DNA of 32,000 nucleotides, from contig NZ_CP026606.1 of NCBI RefSeq assembly GCF_002945325.1, positions 660,001 to 692,000 of the forward strand, given 5' to 3'. Position numbers and translations under genes: made by a program. Shown here one piece after another: positions 1-8,822 of this stretch. Source of the stretch: Methanococcus maripaludis (lineage in GTDB: Archaea > AGJL01 > Methanococci > Methanococcales > Methanococcaceae). The notes beneath the pieces are model-generated. The model had not been told where the DNA came from, made no database searches, and saw only the letters and a list, made by a program, of their open reading frames with translations. Position 1 is the stretch's first letter; each line of letters starts with the position of its first letter.

Positions 1-1091
1 GCGAAGCATTCGCAGGCAGAAAAAATGAATTATACGGCCAAAAAGATGAAGGAAGAAAAGTATTTGGATTATTTTGTACATTTGTTCCAACAGAATTAAT
101 TTTAGCAGCTAATGCAGTTCCTGTAGGGCTTTGCGGTGGAAAAGAAAGTACAATACCATCAGCAGAAGAAATTTTACCAAGAAATATCTGTCCTTTGATA
201 AAATCATCATTTGGATTTAAAAAAGACAAAGCTTGCCCGTACATTGAAGCATCTGACGTGATAATTGGAGAAACTACGTGCGATGGAAAGAAAAAAATGT
301 TTGAACACCTCGCTGAAATGACCAAACTCCACATAATGCAGTTACCACACTTTAGAGACGACAGATCTGCAAAACTGTGGCTTGCTGAAGTTGAAGAGTT
401 GAAAAAATTAATTGAAGAAGAAACCGGAAACGAAATTACTGAAGAAAAATTAAAAGAAGCTATCGATAAAGTGAACAATGTAAGAAAGCTTTTTTACAAA
501 ATTTACGAATTAAGAGCAAACAATCCATCCCCGATAAATGGAAAAGATTCTTTAAAATTATTCCAACTTTCATATCTGTTAGACATAAACACTATCGAAT
601 CAGTTCTTGAAGATTTAGTTGAAGAACTTGAAGAAAGAGTTAAAAAAGGCGAAGGATATTCCGGAAAAAGAATTTTAATTGCAGGTTGTCCAATGGTTGC
701 AGGAAACACGAAAATCCCTGAACTCATTGAAGATACAGGTGCAGTAGTTGTTGGAGAAGAAAGCTGTACTGGAACAAGACAGTATGAAAACTACGTTGAA
801 GGATACACGATTGAAAAATTAGCTGACAGGTACTTTAAAATCCCTTGTGCATGCAAATTCAGCAACGAAGAAAGAATTGAAAGAATTAAAGAACTTGTAA
901 AAGAACAGAACGCTGACGGTGTTGTATACTACACCCTCCAGTACTGCCACACATTTAACGTGGAAGGTGCTTTAATTGAAAAAGAACTCAAAAAAGCAGG
1001 AATTCCAATCATTAGAGTAGAAACTGACTACTCAGAAAGCGATAAAGAACAGTTAAAAACAAGAATTGAAGCATTTGTTGAAATGATTTAA
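1..1091 (+). CDS. 2-hydroxyacyl-CoA dehydratase / benzoyl-CoA reductase BcrC-BadD-HgdB family subunit (5' end outside window)
   Basis: Reading frame 3 is open from nt 3 ([65 protein letters not shown]...). It runs straight into the listed ORF 195..1091, so the listed TTG start is internal. Cys-containing motifs typical of the family are present ([24 protein letters not shown]). The family call is from recall of HgdB/BcrC-like proteins. Confidence 0.75.
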   Translation, partial: EAFAGRKNELYGQKDEGRKVFGLFCTFVPTELILAANAVPVGLCGGKESTIPSAEEILPRNICPLIKSSFGFKKDKACPYIEASDVIIGETTCDGKKKMFEHLAEMTKLHIMQLPHFRDDRSAKLWLAEVEELKKLIEEETGNEITEEKLKEAIDKVNNVRKLFYKIYELRANNPSPINGKDSLKLFQLSYLLDINTIESVLEDLVEELEERVKKGEGYSGKRILIAGCPMVAGNTKIPELIEDTGAVVVGEESCTGTRQYENYVEGYTIEKLADRYFKIPCACKFSNEERIERIKELVKEQNADGVVYYTLQYCHTFNVEGALIEKELKKAGIPIIRVETDYSESDKEQLKTRIEAFVEMI

Positions 1092-1105
1092 TGATTTAAA
1101 AATTA

Positions 1106-1112
1106 TTTTTTT
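1106..1112 (+). terminator. oligo-T (T7) tract, candidate archaeal intrinsic terminator after the HgdB-like gene
   Basis: A run of 7 T lies 15 nt after the stop codon at 1089-1091. Archaeal RNA polymerase terminates at oligo-dT tracts. Confidence 0.4.
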
Positions 1113-1133
1113 CTTAATTTTTCAGGTGGTATT

Positions 1134-1961
1134 TTGAACTTTCAAAAAATAGCGCTGTTTTTGGTATTGTTACTTTCAATATCCTGTTTCAGCGGCTGTA
1201 TGGATAATTCTGGCGAAGTTTCAGAGCCAGTTACAATTAAAATGGCAGGTGGAACTGCATTAATACCAATAATCGAAGATATTTCAAAAGAATATATGTT
1301 AGAAAATAATAATGTCCAGATAGAAGTTACAGGTGGCGGTTCTGGTTTTGGAGTTAAAGAAACTGGTGAGGGCCATTTAACAATTGGAATGGCAGGAAGA
1401 AACTTAAAATCTGAAGAAAAAGAACTTTATAATGATATTACTGTTTATAAAATTGGTCTTGATGGAATTGCAATAATTACAAGCAATGAAAATAATATTT
1501 CGGATTTAACTACTGAACAGGTACAAAAAATTTATTCTGGTGAAATTACTAACTGGAAAAATGTTGGTGGAAGTGACCATACTATAAATGTATACACCAG
1601 AGAAGAAGATAGCGGTACAAGAGATACTTTCTGGAAAGAAGGACTTTTGAAAAGCAATATCTCTAAAAAAGCACTGATGGTCGCATCGAATGGAGAAATG
1701 AAATCAAAAGTTTCTTTAGATGAAAACGGAATAGGATACGTTTCAATAGGATACGTTGATGAGTCGATCAATACTGTAAAATTCAATGGAATAGATCCCA
1801 CTCAAGAAAATGTTAAAGAAGGGCTTTATACCATATATCGGCCTTTAAATTTGCTTACAAAAGGGGAACCTGACGAAAATGTTAAAAAATTCATCGAATA
1901 TGTTTTAAGTGAAAAAGGTCAAGAAATCGTGAAAAACGATGGATTTTTACCAGTAAATTAA
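1134..1961 (+). CDS. PstS-family (phosphate-type) periplasmic substrate-binding protein, predicted lipoprotein
   Basis: The TTG start lies 5 nt after AGGTGG. The N-terminus has a hydrophobic signal followed by FSGC. PstS/PBP-like motifs are present: TGGGSGFG, TREEDSGTRDTF, GIGYVSIGYV. No permease or ATPase genes are adjacent. Confidence 0.75.
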   Translation: MNFQKIALFLVLLLSISCFSGCMDNSGEVSEPVTIKMAGGTALIPIIEDISKEYMLENNNVQIEVTGGGSGFGVKETGEGHLTIGMAGRNLKSEEKELYNDITVYKIGLDGIAIITSNENNISDLTTEQVQKIYSGEITNWKNVGGSDHTINVYTREEDSGTRDTFWKEGLLKSNISKKALMVASNGEMKSKVSLDENGIGYVSIGYVDESINTVKFNGIDPTQENVKEGLYTIYRPLNLLTKGEPDENVKKFIEYVLSEKGQEIVKNDGFLPVN

Positions 1962-2094
1962 AATTTACCTTTTTATTTTTCTATTTTTTTAGTAGTAATT
2001 AGTGACTCTTTTTTTAATGATTCATAACAATTCAAAAATTTAAAATAATTTAAATTCAATAGTCTAAACTGTAAATTTTAAAAGGGGATATATT

Positions 2095-2973
2095 ATGGTT
2101 AAAAAAATTGTTATCGGAGTTTTTTGCATGATATCTCTTCTGTTGCTATGCGGATGCACAGAAACAGATAGTGGAGATCAAGCACTCGATGAAGTTGATT
2201 CTGGTGATGAAAATATTGTTTCTGATGACGCAGAATATATTGGTACATTTTACGCTGCAAAAACTGACGATTCATTGAAATTCACGTTAATTTTTAACGA
2301 TGCGGAAAATAAACTTGTAACTACAACAGGTACTGCAAAATTAACAATATATGATGAGTATGATAACAAAATCTTTGAAAAAGAATACGTTGTTGACCCA
2401 TCAAAAGCAGGAACCAACAGTAAATATACACTTATTGTTTCATTAGGGGATATTGAAAAAGGAATGACTGAATCAGGGTATGCTGAAGTAATATTTACTT
2501 CAAAAACGGGTAATGTTATAAATAAAATTACAAACTCGATTCAAATCCCATACCTTACTGAAGAAGAAATTTTAAACATTGCTGAACAGGAATTCCTTGA
2601 AAATGCAGTTGAAAGCGGAGATTCGTACGAACTTGACGATATTAAAATAACTGCATTGAGAAGCGGATTCTACACAATACCTGGAGAAAAATCTAAAAAA
2701 ATATTCCGTGTAGACCTTAAAATAGAAAATAAATACGGACAGCCAAAAGATTTCACACCTTCAGAAGTTATGGTGTATTCGGGCACTAAAGAATATCCAT
2801 TTACCTCTGGCGGTTCTTTGAATAATGTTTCCAAAATCCCTGCTTTAGGTTCAGTAAAAGGTTACTGGTTATTTGAAGATATTCCTGATAATATTGAAGA
2901 AGCACGAGTATACTTTAAAAATGGCCGAGATAATAATGGAGAATGGAGACTATTTGACCTCAGCCTCGAATAA
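2095..2973 (+). CDS. secreted/lipobox protein of unknown function with a DUF4352-like C-terminal domain
   Basis: The ATG follows AGGGGA. The signal peptide ends in LLLCGC. An acidic linker (DSGDQALDEVDSGDEN) follows. The C-terminal segment (FRVDLKIENKYGQPKDFTPSEVMVYSG...GYWLFEDIP) resembles the Ig-like DUF4352 pattern; this is from recall only. Confidence 0.55.
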   Translation: MVKKIVIGVFCMISLLLLCGCTETDSGDQALDEVDSGDENIVSDDAEYIGTFYAAKTDDSLKFTLIFNDAENKLVTTTGTAKLTIYDEYDNKIFEKEYVVDPSKAGTNSKYTLIVSLGDIEKGMTESGYAEVIFTSKTGNVINKITNSIQIPYLTEEEILNIAEQEFLENAVESGDSYELDDIKITALRSGFYTIPGEKSKKIFRVDLKIENKYGQPKDFTPSEVMVYSGTKEYPFTSGGSLNNVSKIPALGSVKGYWLFEDIPDNIEEARVYFKNGRDNNGEWRLFDLSLE

Positions 2974-3024
2974 TTATTTAAACTATTTTTACTTTTTTAT
3001 TTTAAAAGATTTTAAGTGAAATTT

Positions 3025-3696
3025 ATGAAGATTGCATCGCTTTATTCTGGTGGAAAAGATTCTGCCTACGCACTATTTTGGGCCCTAAATCAGGGATGGG
3101 ATGTTAATTATTTGGTAAACGTGGCCTCAAAAAATAAAGAAAGCTACATGTTCCATATTCCAAACGTTGAATTGACAGACCTTGTATCAGAAAGTACTGG
3201 AATTGAAATGATAAAAGTAATTACTAAAGGCGAAAAAGAAAAAGAAATTCTTGATTTGCAAAAAAACCTTGAAAAACTGGATATTGATGGAATTGTAAGC
3301 GGAGCTCTTGCAAGCGAATATCAAAGAGCAAGAATTGATCACATCTGTGAAGAAATTGGAATAAAATCATTTTCACCACTCTGGCACAAAGATCAGGAAT
3401 TGATTTTACGGGATACTTCAAAATTCTTTGATTTTAGGATGGTTAGTGTTGCAGCTTACGGGCTGGACAAAAAATGGCTTGGAAAAAGAATTGATGAAAC
3501 AAATATTGAAGAATTATTAAAGATAATGGAAAAATACCAAATTAATAAAGCTTTTGAAGGCGGAGAAGCGGAAACGTTTGTATTTGATGCCCCGTTTTTT
3601 GAAAAAAAAATAGAAGTTTTGGATTATGAAATTACATGGGATGGAATTTCTGGAAGCTACAATATAAATGATGCAGAGCTTGTTTCTAAAAAGTAA
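3025..3696 (+). CDS. dph6: PP-loop ATP pyrophosphatase of the MJ0570/DUF71 family, probable diphthine-ammonia ligase
   Basis: The protein starts [13 protein letters not shown], which contains the SGGKDS PP-loop, and has a downstream [16 protein letters not shown] motif. I prefer ATG 3025 over the listed GTG 3016 because homologues start right at the PP-loop strand. Confidence 0.75.
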   Translation: MKIASLYSGGKDSAYALFWALNQGWDVNYLVNVASKNKESYMFHIPNVELTDLVSESTGIEMIKVITKGEKEKEILDLQKNLEKLDIDGIVSGALASEYQRARIDHICEEIGIKSFSPLWHKDQELILRDTSKFFDFRMVSVAAYGLDKKWLGKRIDETNIEELLKIMEKYQINKAFEGGEAETFVFDAPFFEKKIEVLDYEITWDGISGSYNINDAELVSKK

Positions 3697-4131
3697 TTAA
3701 TTAACATCAATTGTTTTTACAAAAGTTGTTCCAAATTCTCCCGAAACTAACACTCTTTTATCATCAATTGTTGTTGAATTGTAAATTGTTTCAATATATA
3801 TTTGCGTTCTTGAAAGGGGTTCAACGTATGTTTTTTCAATTAAGGGGTTGTTTACCACATCCCCTTCAAAAATAACCGTCCATTTTGAAGCATCTTCCAA
3901 TATATTTCCATTATTTACTACAGTTATATTTAAAATTCCAGAATCAGAATCAATTCCTTCGTACTGAACCGTAAGATTTTCCTTAGATTTTTTTAACAAG
4001 TTGTAAGCATGGTCGTCATTTGCACTTAAAATATTGTTTAAATTCGAATCAACAGTTCCATAAATTACTGTTAATGAAATTAACAAAATTATTGAAAGAA
4101 ATGCAACACCGTAAATTTCTGAAAAACCCAT
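3697..4131 (-). CDS. archaellum FlaF/FlaG-like protein (N-terminal MGFS + hydrophobic helix), located outside any fla operon
   Basis: The N-terminus MGFSEIYGVAFLSIILLISLTVIYG is followed by a beta-rich soluble domain. The MGFS-plus-hydrophobic-segment start is characteristic of archaeal FlaF/FlaG family proteins (recalled). GTGAG lies upstream of the ATG. Confidence 0.4.
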   Translation of the reverse strand: MGFSEIYGVAFLSIILLISLTVIYGTVDSNLNNILSANDDHAYNLLKKSKENLTVQYEGIDSDSGILNITVVNNGNILEDASKWTVIFEGDVVNNPLIEKTYVEPLSRTQIYIETIYNSTTIDDKRVLVSGEFGTTFVKTIDVN

Positions 4132-4241
4132 ATTCTCACAAGTCCTAAGTTTGATATTAAAAAAAGGTTTTTCAATATTTAAATAGAGTTTGTGTATATG
4201 TATCTATTTAAATTTATAAATATTACGTTCTAAAATAAAAA

Positions 4242-4318
4242 TGGTGAGTCCGGGGAGATTCGAACTCCCGATCACCGCCGTGTCAGGGCGGTATCATAGC
4301 CAACTAGACCACGAACTC
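4242..4318 (-). tRNA. tRNA-Val (anticodon GAC), CCA encoded
   Basis: Hand-folded cloverleaf from the reverse complement GAGUUCGUGGUCUAGUUGGCUAUGAUACCGCCCUGACACGGCGGUGAUCGGGAGUUCGAAUCUCCCCGGACUCACCA. The acceptor stem is GAGUUCG/CGGACUC, the anticodon loop is CUGACAC, the T-loop is UUCGAAU, the discriminator is A, and a 3' CCA is encoded. Confidence 0.9.
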
Positions 4319-4423
4319 ACTTAATCACTATATAAAGATAATTTATTTAGTATTTATATTTTTCTATTATTCATAAAATTAAGTGGATGATTTAATATCT
4401 TTGAAGTAATTACAATCAGCCAC

Positions 4424-5929
4424 TTAATTTTTATCGTATTTATCCTTATTTTTATTTGAAAGGCTTGTTATGTATGCATTTAAACCGCCTGCAATCGCAA
4501 TGACCTTTTTATTACCGTGAAATACTTTTTCACTGAATATTTTTTCCCTATCTTTTGCTTCTAAAGCATAATTTACCATTGCTTTTCTAAATGAGCATAG
4601 ATTATCTTCAACGTAGTGCGTTGAAAGGTTTCCTTTTAAAAAGTTGTCCTCTTCAATTACTGCCCTGTGGAAAGGTATATTTGTAATTATACCAAGAACC
4701 ATGTATTCAGAAAGTGCCCTTTTCATCCTTTCAATTGCTTCTTCTCTTGTAAGACCGTACGTAATTATCTTTGCAACCATGGAATCATAATAAGGTGGAA
4801 TTTCAGCTCCCCCGAATACACCACTATCAAGCCTTACACCCGGGCCTCCAGGAGACCTGTAATATTTTATTTTTCCAGGAGCTGGAACAAAATCATTTAT
4901 TGCATCTTCTGCATTTACCCTACATTCTATTGCATGTCCCCTGAAGGTAATTTCATCTTGTTTGTAGGATAATTTTTTTCCAGCTGCAATTTTTATCTGT
5001 TCTTTTACGATATCAACACCAGTAACAACTTCGGTTATTGGGTGTTCTACCTGAACTCTTGTATTCATTTCAAGGAAGTAAAATTCGCCTTTGCTGTATA
5101 AAAATTCAACTGTCCCAACGCTGTGGTAATTTATGGCCTTAGCAGCTTTTACAGCTGCATTTCCCATTCTTTCCCTTAATTCTTCAGTCATGATTGGGGA
5201 AGGGGACTCTTCAATTAATTTTTGGTGCCTTCTTTGAATTGAACACTCCCTATCACCAAGGTGAATCACATTTCCAAATTTATCTGCAACCACCTGTATT
5301 TCAATGTGCCTTGGTTTTTCGAGGTATTTTTCAATGAATACTGTTGAATCACCAAAAGCACTCTGTGCAATGGATTTTGTAGACTGTATCGTATCAACGA
5401 GTTCTTCTTTATTGTAAACCACGTTCATTCCGATACCGCCACCACCTGCAGATGCTTTTATGATTACAGGGTATCCAATTTCATCTGCAACTTCGATTGC
5501 TTCTTCTTCGCTTTCGATTGCTTCTTCCCTTCCAGGCAGTACAGGAACTCCTGCTGTTTTCATTGCTTTCTTAGCATTGATTTTACTGCCCATAACATCA
5601 ATTGCATTTGTTGGAGGTCCGATAAATTCAATGCCTCTTTTGTGACATTCATCTGCAAATTTTACATTTTCAGATAAAAAACCATATCCTGGGTGAACTG
5701 CATCCACACCTGCTTTTTCAGCCACTTTTAAGATCCTTTCCATGTTAAGGTAGCTTTTTGACGCAGGAGGTTCCCCTATTGGATAACATTCATCTGCAAT
5801 ATTTCTATAGAGTGAGTGTTCATCAGCTTCAGAAAAAACTGCAACAGTCTTTATTCCGAGTTCTTTACATGCTCGAATTACTCTGACTGCAATTTCTCCC
5901 CTATTGGCTATCAATACTTTTTTAAACAT
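4424..5929 (-). CDS. pycA: pyruvate carboxylase subunit A (biotin carboxylase)
   Basis: The N-terminus is [29 protein letters not shown]-grasp motifs are present ([31 protein letters not shown]). It lies directly upstream of the carboxyltransferase/biotin-carrier subunit. GAAGGT precedes the ATG. Confidence 0.95.
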   Translation of the reverse strand: MFKKVLIANRGEIAVRVIRACKELGIKTVAVFSEADEHSLYRNIADECYPIGEPPASKSYLNMERILKVAEKAGVDAVHPGYGFLSENVKFADECHKRGIEFIGPPTNAIDVMGSKINAKKAMKTAGVPVLPGREEAIESEEEAIEVADEIGYPVIIKASAGGGGIGMNVVYNKEELVDTIQSTKSIAQSAFGDSTVFIEKYLEKPRHIEIQVVADKFGNVIHLGDRECSIQRRHQKLIEESPSPIMTEELRERMGNAAVKAAKAINYHSVGTVEFLYSKGEFYFLEMNTRVQVEHPITEVVTGVDIVKEQIKIAAGKKLSYKQDEITFRGHAIECRVNAEDAINDFVPAPGKIKYYRSPGGPGVRLDSGVFGGAEIPPYYDSMVAKIITYGLTREEAIERMKRALSEYMVLGIITNIPFHRAVIEEDNFLKGNLSTHYVEDNLCSFRKAMVNYALEAKDREKIFSEKVFHGNKKVIAIAGGLNAYITSLSNKNKDKYDKN

Positions 5930-5974
5930 AATATTACCTTCTGGAATTGCTGTATCATTAATTAAATGCTTAAT

Positions 5975-7684
5975 TTATTTTATAATCATCAATATGTCGC
6001 CCACGTTTACAGATTGACCTTCTTTAACGATTATTTTTTCAACAGTTCCATCTACAGGACATTCTACAGGGTTTTCCATCTTCATAGCTTCTAAAACTAA
6101 AATCTGATCGCCTTGTTTAACACTTGCGCCCGTACTAACTTTTATTTTTGTAACAATACCCCTAAATGGTGAAGTTACTGCACCCTCAGTTTCTGCAGTT
6201 ATTATCTCTTTTTTCTCTTCTTTTTTAATTCCTGAACTGTATACGGGTTCCACTTTTACGTTGAAAGAATCCCCATCAACTTCAACAATGTATTCGTTTG
6301 GAATTTCCATGAATTTCGAAACATCCTTTTCTTGAGGTATTGTTTCTGCTTTTAACTCCCCTCTCAGGAATTTGACTGCAACTTGCGGGTATAAAGCATA
6401 AGTTAAAATATCTTCTTCTTTTGAAACTATTCCTTTCGCAAAAGCTTCTTTTTCCATTATTTCGTATTCTGGTTCGAGTAAATCTGCAGGCCTGCATGTA
6501 ATCTGCTTTTCACCATCTTGAAGTACCCGTTTAACGAGATCTTTGCTGATTGGTGCAGGGGATTTTCCATAATATCCTTTTAAGTAGTTAGATACTTCGT
6601 TTGTGATGATTTTGTATCTTTCATCAGTTAATACATTCATTACAGCCTGGGTTCCAACAATCTGGGACGTTGGAGTTACTAATGGAGGGTATCCAAGGTC
6701 TTTTCTCACGTTTGGAATTTCGTTTAAAACTTCCTCAAATTTATCGAGTGCACCCTGTTCTTTTAATTGGGATACGAGGTTTGAAAGCATTCCTCCAGGA
6801 ACCTGGTATCTTAAAATTCTAGCGTCAACTCTTTCAGAGATTGGATTTATCAGGCATTTGTATTTGTTTCTAATCTCGTCAAAATAGTCCCTAATTTCTG
6901 TTAATAATACAAGATCCAGGTTTGTATCGTATTTTGTGCCTTTTAATGCTGCCACAATACTTTCTACAGGGGGCTGAGATGTACCCATTGAAAGAGGGGA
7001 CATTGCACAATTTAATATATCAATTCCTGCCTCTACAGAAGACATATATGCTAATGGAGCAATTCCTGCAGTACAATGGCTGTGTAAATCGATTGGAATT
7101 GATAATTCTTCTTTCAACATTCCAACAAGTTCTTTAGCGTCAAAAGGTCTTAAAAGTCCCGCCATGTCTTTAATACATAAAGAATCACATCCCAACTCTT
7201 CAAACTGTTTTGCAAGCTCTACAAACTGTTCAGTCGTGTGAACTGGGCTTGTAGTATACGATATAGCACCTTGAACTTCAGCACCGTATTTTTTAACAGC
7301 TTTTATGGAATATTCAACATTTCTAATATCGTTTAGAGCATCGAATATTCTCACAATATCTATCCCATTCTCGATAGATTTTTGAATAAACTTGTCTACA
7401 ACGTCATCAGGGTAATGCCTGTATCCTACTAAGTTTTGTCCCCTTAAAAGCATTTGTAAGGGCGTGTTTTGAATTTTTCCTTTTAGTTCCCTTAATCTTT
7501 CCCATGGGTCCTCATTTAAATACCTAATACATGAATCAAAAGTAGCACCACCCCATACTTCCATCGAATAGAATCCTACTTCGTCCATTTTCTCTGCAAT
7601 CGGTAACATGTCTTCGGTTCTTAACCTTGTTGCCATTAAAGATTGATGCGCATCCCTAAAGGAGGTATCGGTTATTTTTACCAT
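5975..7684 (-). CDS. pycB: pyruvate carboxylase subunit B (carboxyltransferase + biotinyl domain)
   Basis: The protein has an HMGL-like N-terminus (ITDTSFRDAHQSL...) and a C-terminal biotin attachment motif (LEAMKMENP). It is adjacent to pycA on the same strand. GAGGGA precedes the ATG. Confidence 0.95.
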   Translation of the reverse strand: MVKITDTSFRDAHQSLMATRLRTEDMLPIAEKMDEVGFYSMEVWGGATFDSCIRYLNEDPWERLRELKGKIQNTPLQMLLRGQNLVGYRHYPDDVVDKFIQKSIENGIDIVRIFDALNDIRNVEYSIKAVKKYGAEVQGAISYTTSPVHTTEQFVELAKQFEELGCDSLCIKDMAGLLRPFDAKELVGMLKEELSIPIDLHSHCTAGIAPLAYMSSVEAGIDILNCAMSPLSMGTSQPPVESIVAALKGTKYDTNLDLVLLTEIRDYFDEIRNKYKCLINPISERVDARILRYQVPGGMLSNLVSQLKEQGALDKFEEVLNEIPNVRKDLGYPPLVTPTSQIVGTQAVMNVLTDERYKIITNEVSNYLKGYYGKSPAPISKDLVKRVLQDGEKQITCRPADLLEPEYEIMEKEAFAKGIVSKEEDILTYALYPQVAVKFLRGELKAETIPQEKDVSKFMEIPNEYIVEVDGDSFNVKVEPVYSSGIKKEEKKEIITAETEGAVTSPFRGIVTKIKVSTGASVKQGDQILVLEAMKMENPVECPVDGTVEKIIVKEGQSVNVGDILMIIK

Positions 7685-7888
7685 GGTTATCCCTCGCTTA
7701 ATAACATAATATTAGTAAAAAAGATAGAAACGAGTTTCCTCTTGTTTTGATTAGATTCTCTTTTGGTTATATTAAATTAGATATTTATATGTTTTTAAGG
7801 ATATCATCGAAAAAAAATACGCCTTTTGTCGAAAAGGATTTATATATAACTTATTAATTTAAATGTATGAATTAATTTAACCAATATT

Positions 7889-7895
7889 AAAAAAA
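7889..7895 (-). terminator. oligo-T (T7) terminator after tRNA-Glu
   Basis: On the minus strand the tRNA-Glu discriminator A is followed by C and then seven T residues. Confidence 0.5.
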
Positions 7896-7896
7896 G

Positions 7897-7971
7897 TGCT
7901 CCAGCCGGGATTTGAACCCGAGTCCCGGCCTCGAAAGGGCCGGATGATTGGCCGGACTACACCACTGGAGC
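7897..7971 (-). tRNA. tRNA-Glu (anticodon UUC), CCA not encoded
   Basis: The reverse complement is GCUCCAGUGGUGUAGUCCGGCCAAUCAUCCGGCCCUUUCGAGGCCGGGACUCGGGUUCAAAUCCCGGCUGGAGCA. The acceptor stem is GCUCCAG/CUGGAGC, the anticodon loop is CUUUCGA and the T-loop is UUCAAAU. The 3' flank is CUUUUUUU rather than CCA. Confidence 0.9.
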
Positions 7972-7998
7972 ATTTGCATAAATCTTGAAAAGTAGTAA

Positions 7999-8076
7999 TG
8001 GCGGACCCGGAGGGATTCGAACCCCCGATCCCCGGCTTAGAAGGCCGGTGCCGTATCCAGACTAGGCCACGGGCCC
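7999..8076 (-). tRNA. tRNA-Arg (anticodon UCU), CCA encoded, acceptor stem with G3:U70
   Basis: The reverse complement is GGGCCCGUGGCCUAGUCUGGAUACGGCACCGGCCUUCUAAGCCGGGGAUCGGGGGUUCGAAUCCCUCCGGGUCCGCCA. The anticodon loop is CUUCUAA, A20 is present in the D-loop, and the discriminator is G. It lies 27 nt upstream of tRNA-Glu on the same strand, so the two are probably co-transcribed. Confidence 0.9.
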
Positions 8077-8125
8077 CCGTCTCCATTTAGTGTTTCAAGA
8101 GCATAGTATAGGAAGGGTATTCTAG

Positions 8126-8133
8126 TATATAAA
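8126..8133 (-). promoter_or_regulatory. TATA box candidate (TTTATATA on minus strand) for the tRNA-Arg/tRNA-Glu unit
   Basis: This is a perfect Methanococcus-type TTTATATA. Its 5' end is 57 nt upstream of the mature tRNA-Arg 5' end, which implies a leader of about 25-30 nt. Confidence 0.4.
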
Positions 8134-8186
8134 TGTTTCCCTTAATCTAATTCGTAGATTTAGATACTTCATATAGAATATACTGG

Positions 8187-8702
8187 CTAATCAAATATAT
8201 AATGAATTGAATCATCTATCAATTTTTTGTGATCAAATGCAAAATCAACCCCATTTAATTCATCCAAATTAAATATTCTTGCATCTTTTGCATCACTTCC
8301 ACTTTTTAAAGTTCCGATCCCATCAGCCAAAAATGCAACCGTTACTGTATGGCCCCGTGAATCCCTACTTGGATCGCTGTAAACTCCAATAAGCTTTAAA
8401 TTATCAATATCAAGACCTGTCTCTTCTTTAGATTCTCTTTTTGCAGCTTCTTCAACCCGTTCGCCATATTCAACAAAACCGCCAGGTACTGCCCAATAAT
8501 CCTTGTAAGGCTCATTTTTTCGTTTTATAAGAACGATTCCTGACTTATATTTAATCAAAATATCCACTGTTAAGTTTATGCGGCGGTAGGGTTCTGCAAC
8601 AACTTTTCCTGCATATTTTTTATCTAAAAAATTAAGGAGTTCATCCAGTACTTCTTTTTCCATTGATTCGTCCTTTATTTTTAATAATAAATTATATTCC
8701 AT
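8187..8702 (-). CDS. NUDIX hydrolase (ADP-ribose pyrophosphatase-like)
   Basis: It has a complete Nudix box, GGFVEYGERVEEAAKRESKEETGL. GGTGA lies 4 nt before the ATG. Confidence 0.85.
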   Translation of the reverse strand: MEYNLLLKIKDESMEKEVLDELLNFLDKKYAGKVVAEPYRRINLTVDILIKYKSGIVLIKRKNEPYKDYWAVPGGFVEYGERVEEAAKRESKEETGLDIDNLKLIGVYSDPSRDSRGHTVTVAFLADGIGTLKSGSDAKDARIFNLDELNGVDFAFDHKKLIDDSIHYIFD

Positions 8703-8822
8703 AAAATCACCGTGTTAACAGTTTCTAAAAACTCCCATAATAATTTAACACAAAAAGAAAAATAGAAAACAAAGTAAAGTATGAGATGGAAGATATATTA
8801 AATAAATTTAAAAGGAGAAATC

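Noticed and set aside
4329-4336. TTTATATA (minus strand) just upstream of tRNA-Val as its promoter
   Set aside because: It is only about 11-18 nt from the mature 5' end, too close for a TATA box centred near -26. A weaker ATATAAAT at 4352-4359 fits better, but it is not strong enough to report as a feature.
7877-8086. 69-aa minus-strand ORF rich in Gly/Pro/Arg/Ser
   Set aside because: It is entirely made of the tRNA-Glu and tRNA-Arg genes and their spacer. The GC-rich tRNA sequence simply lacks stop codons.
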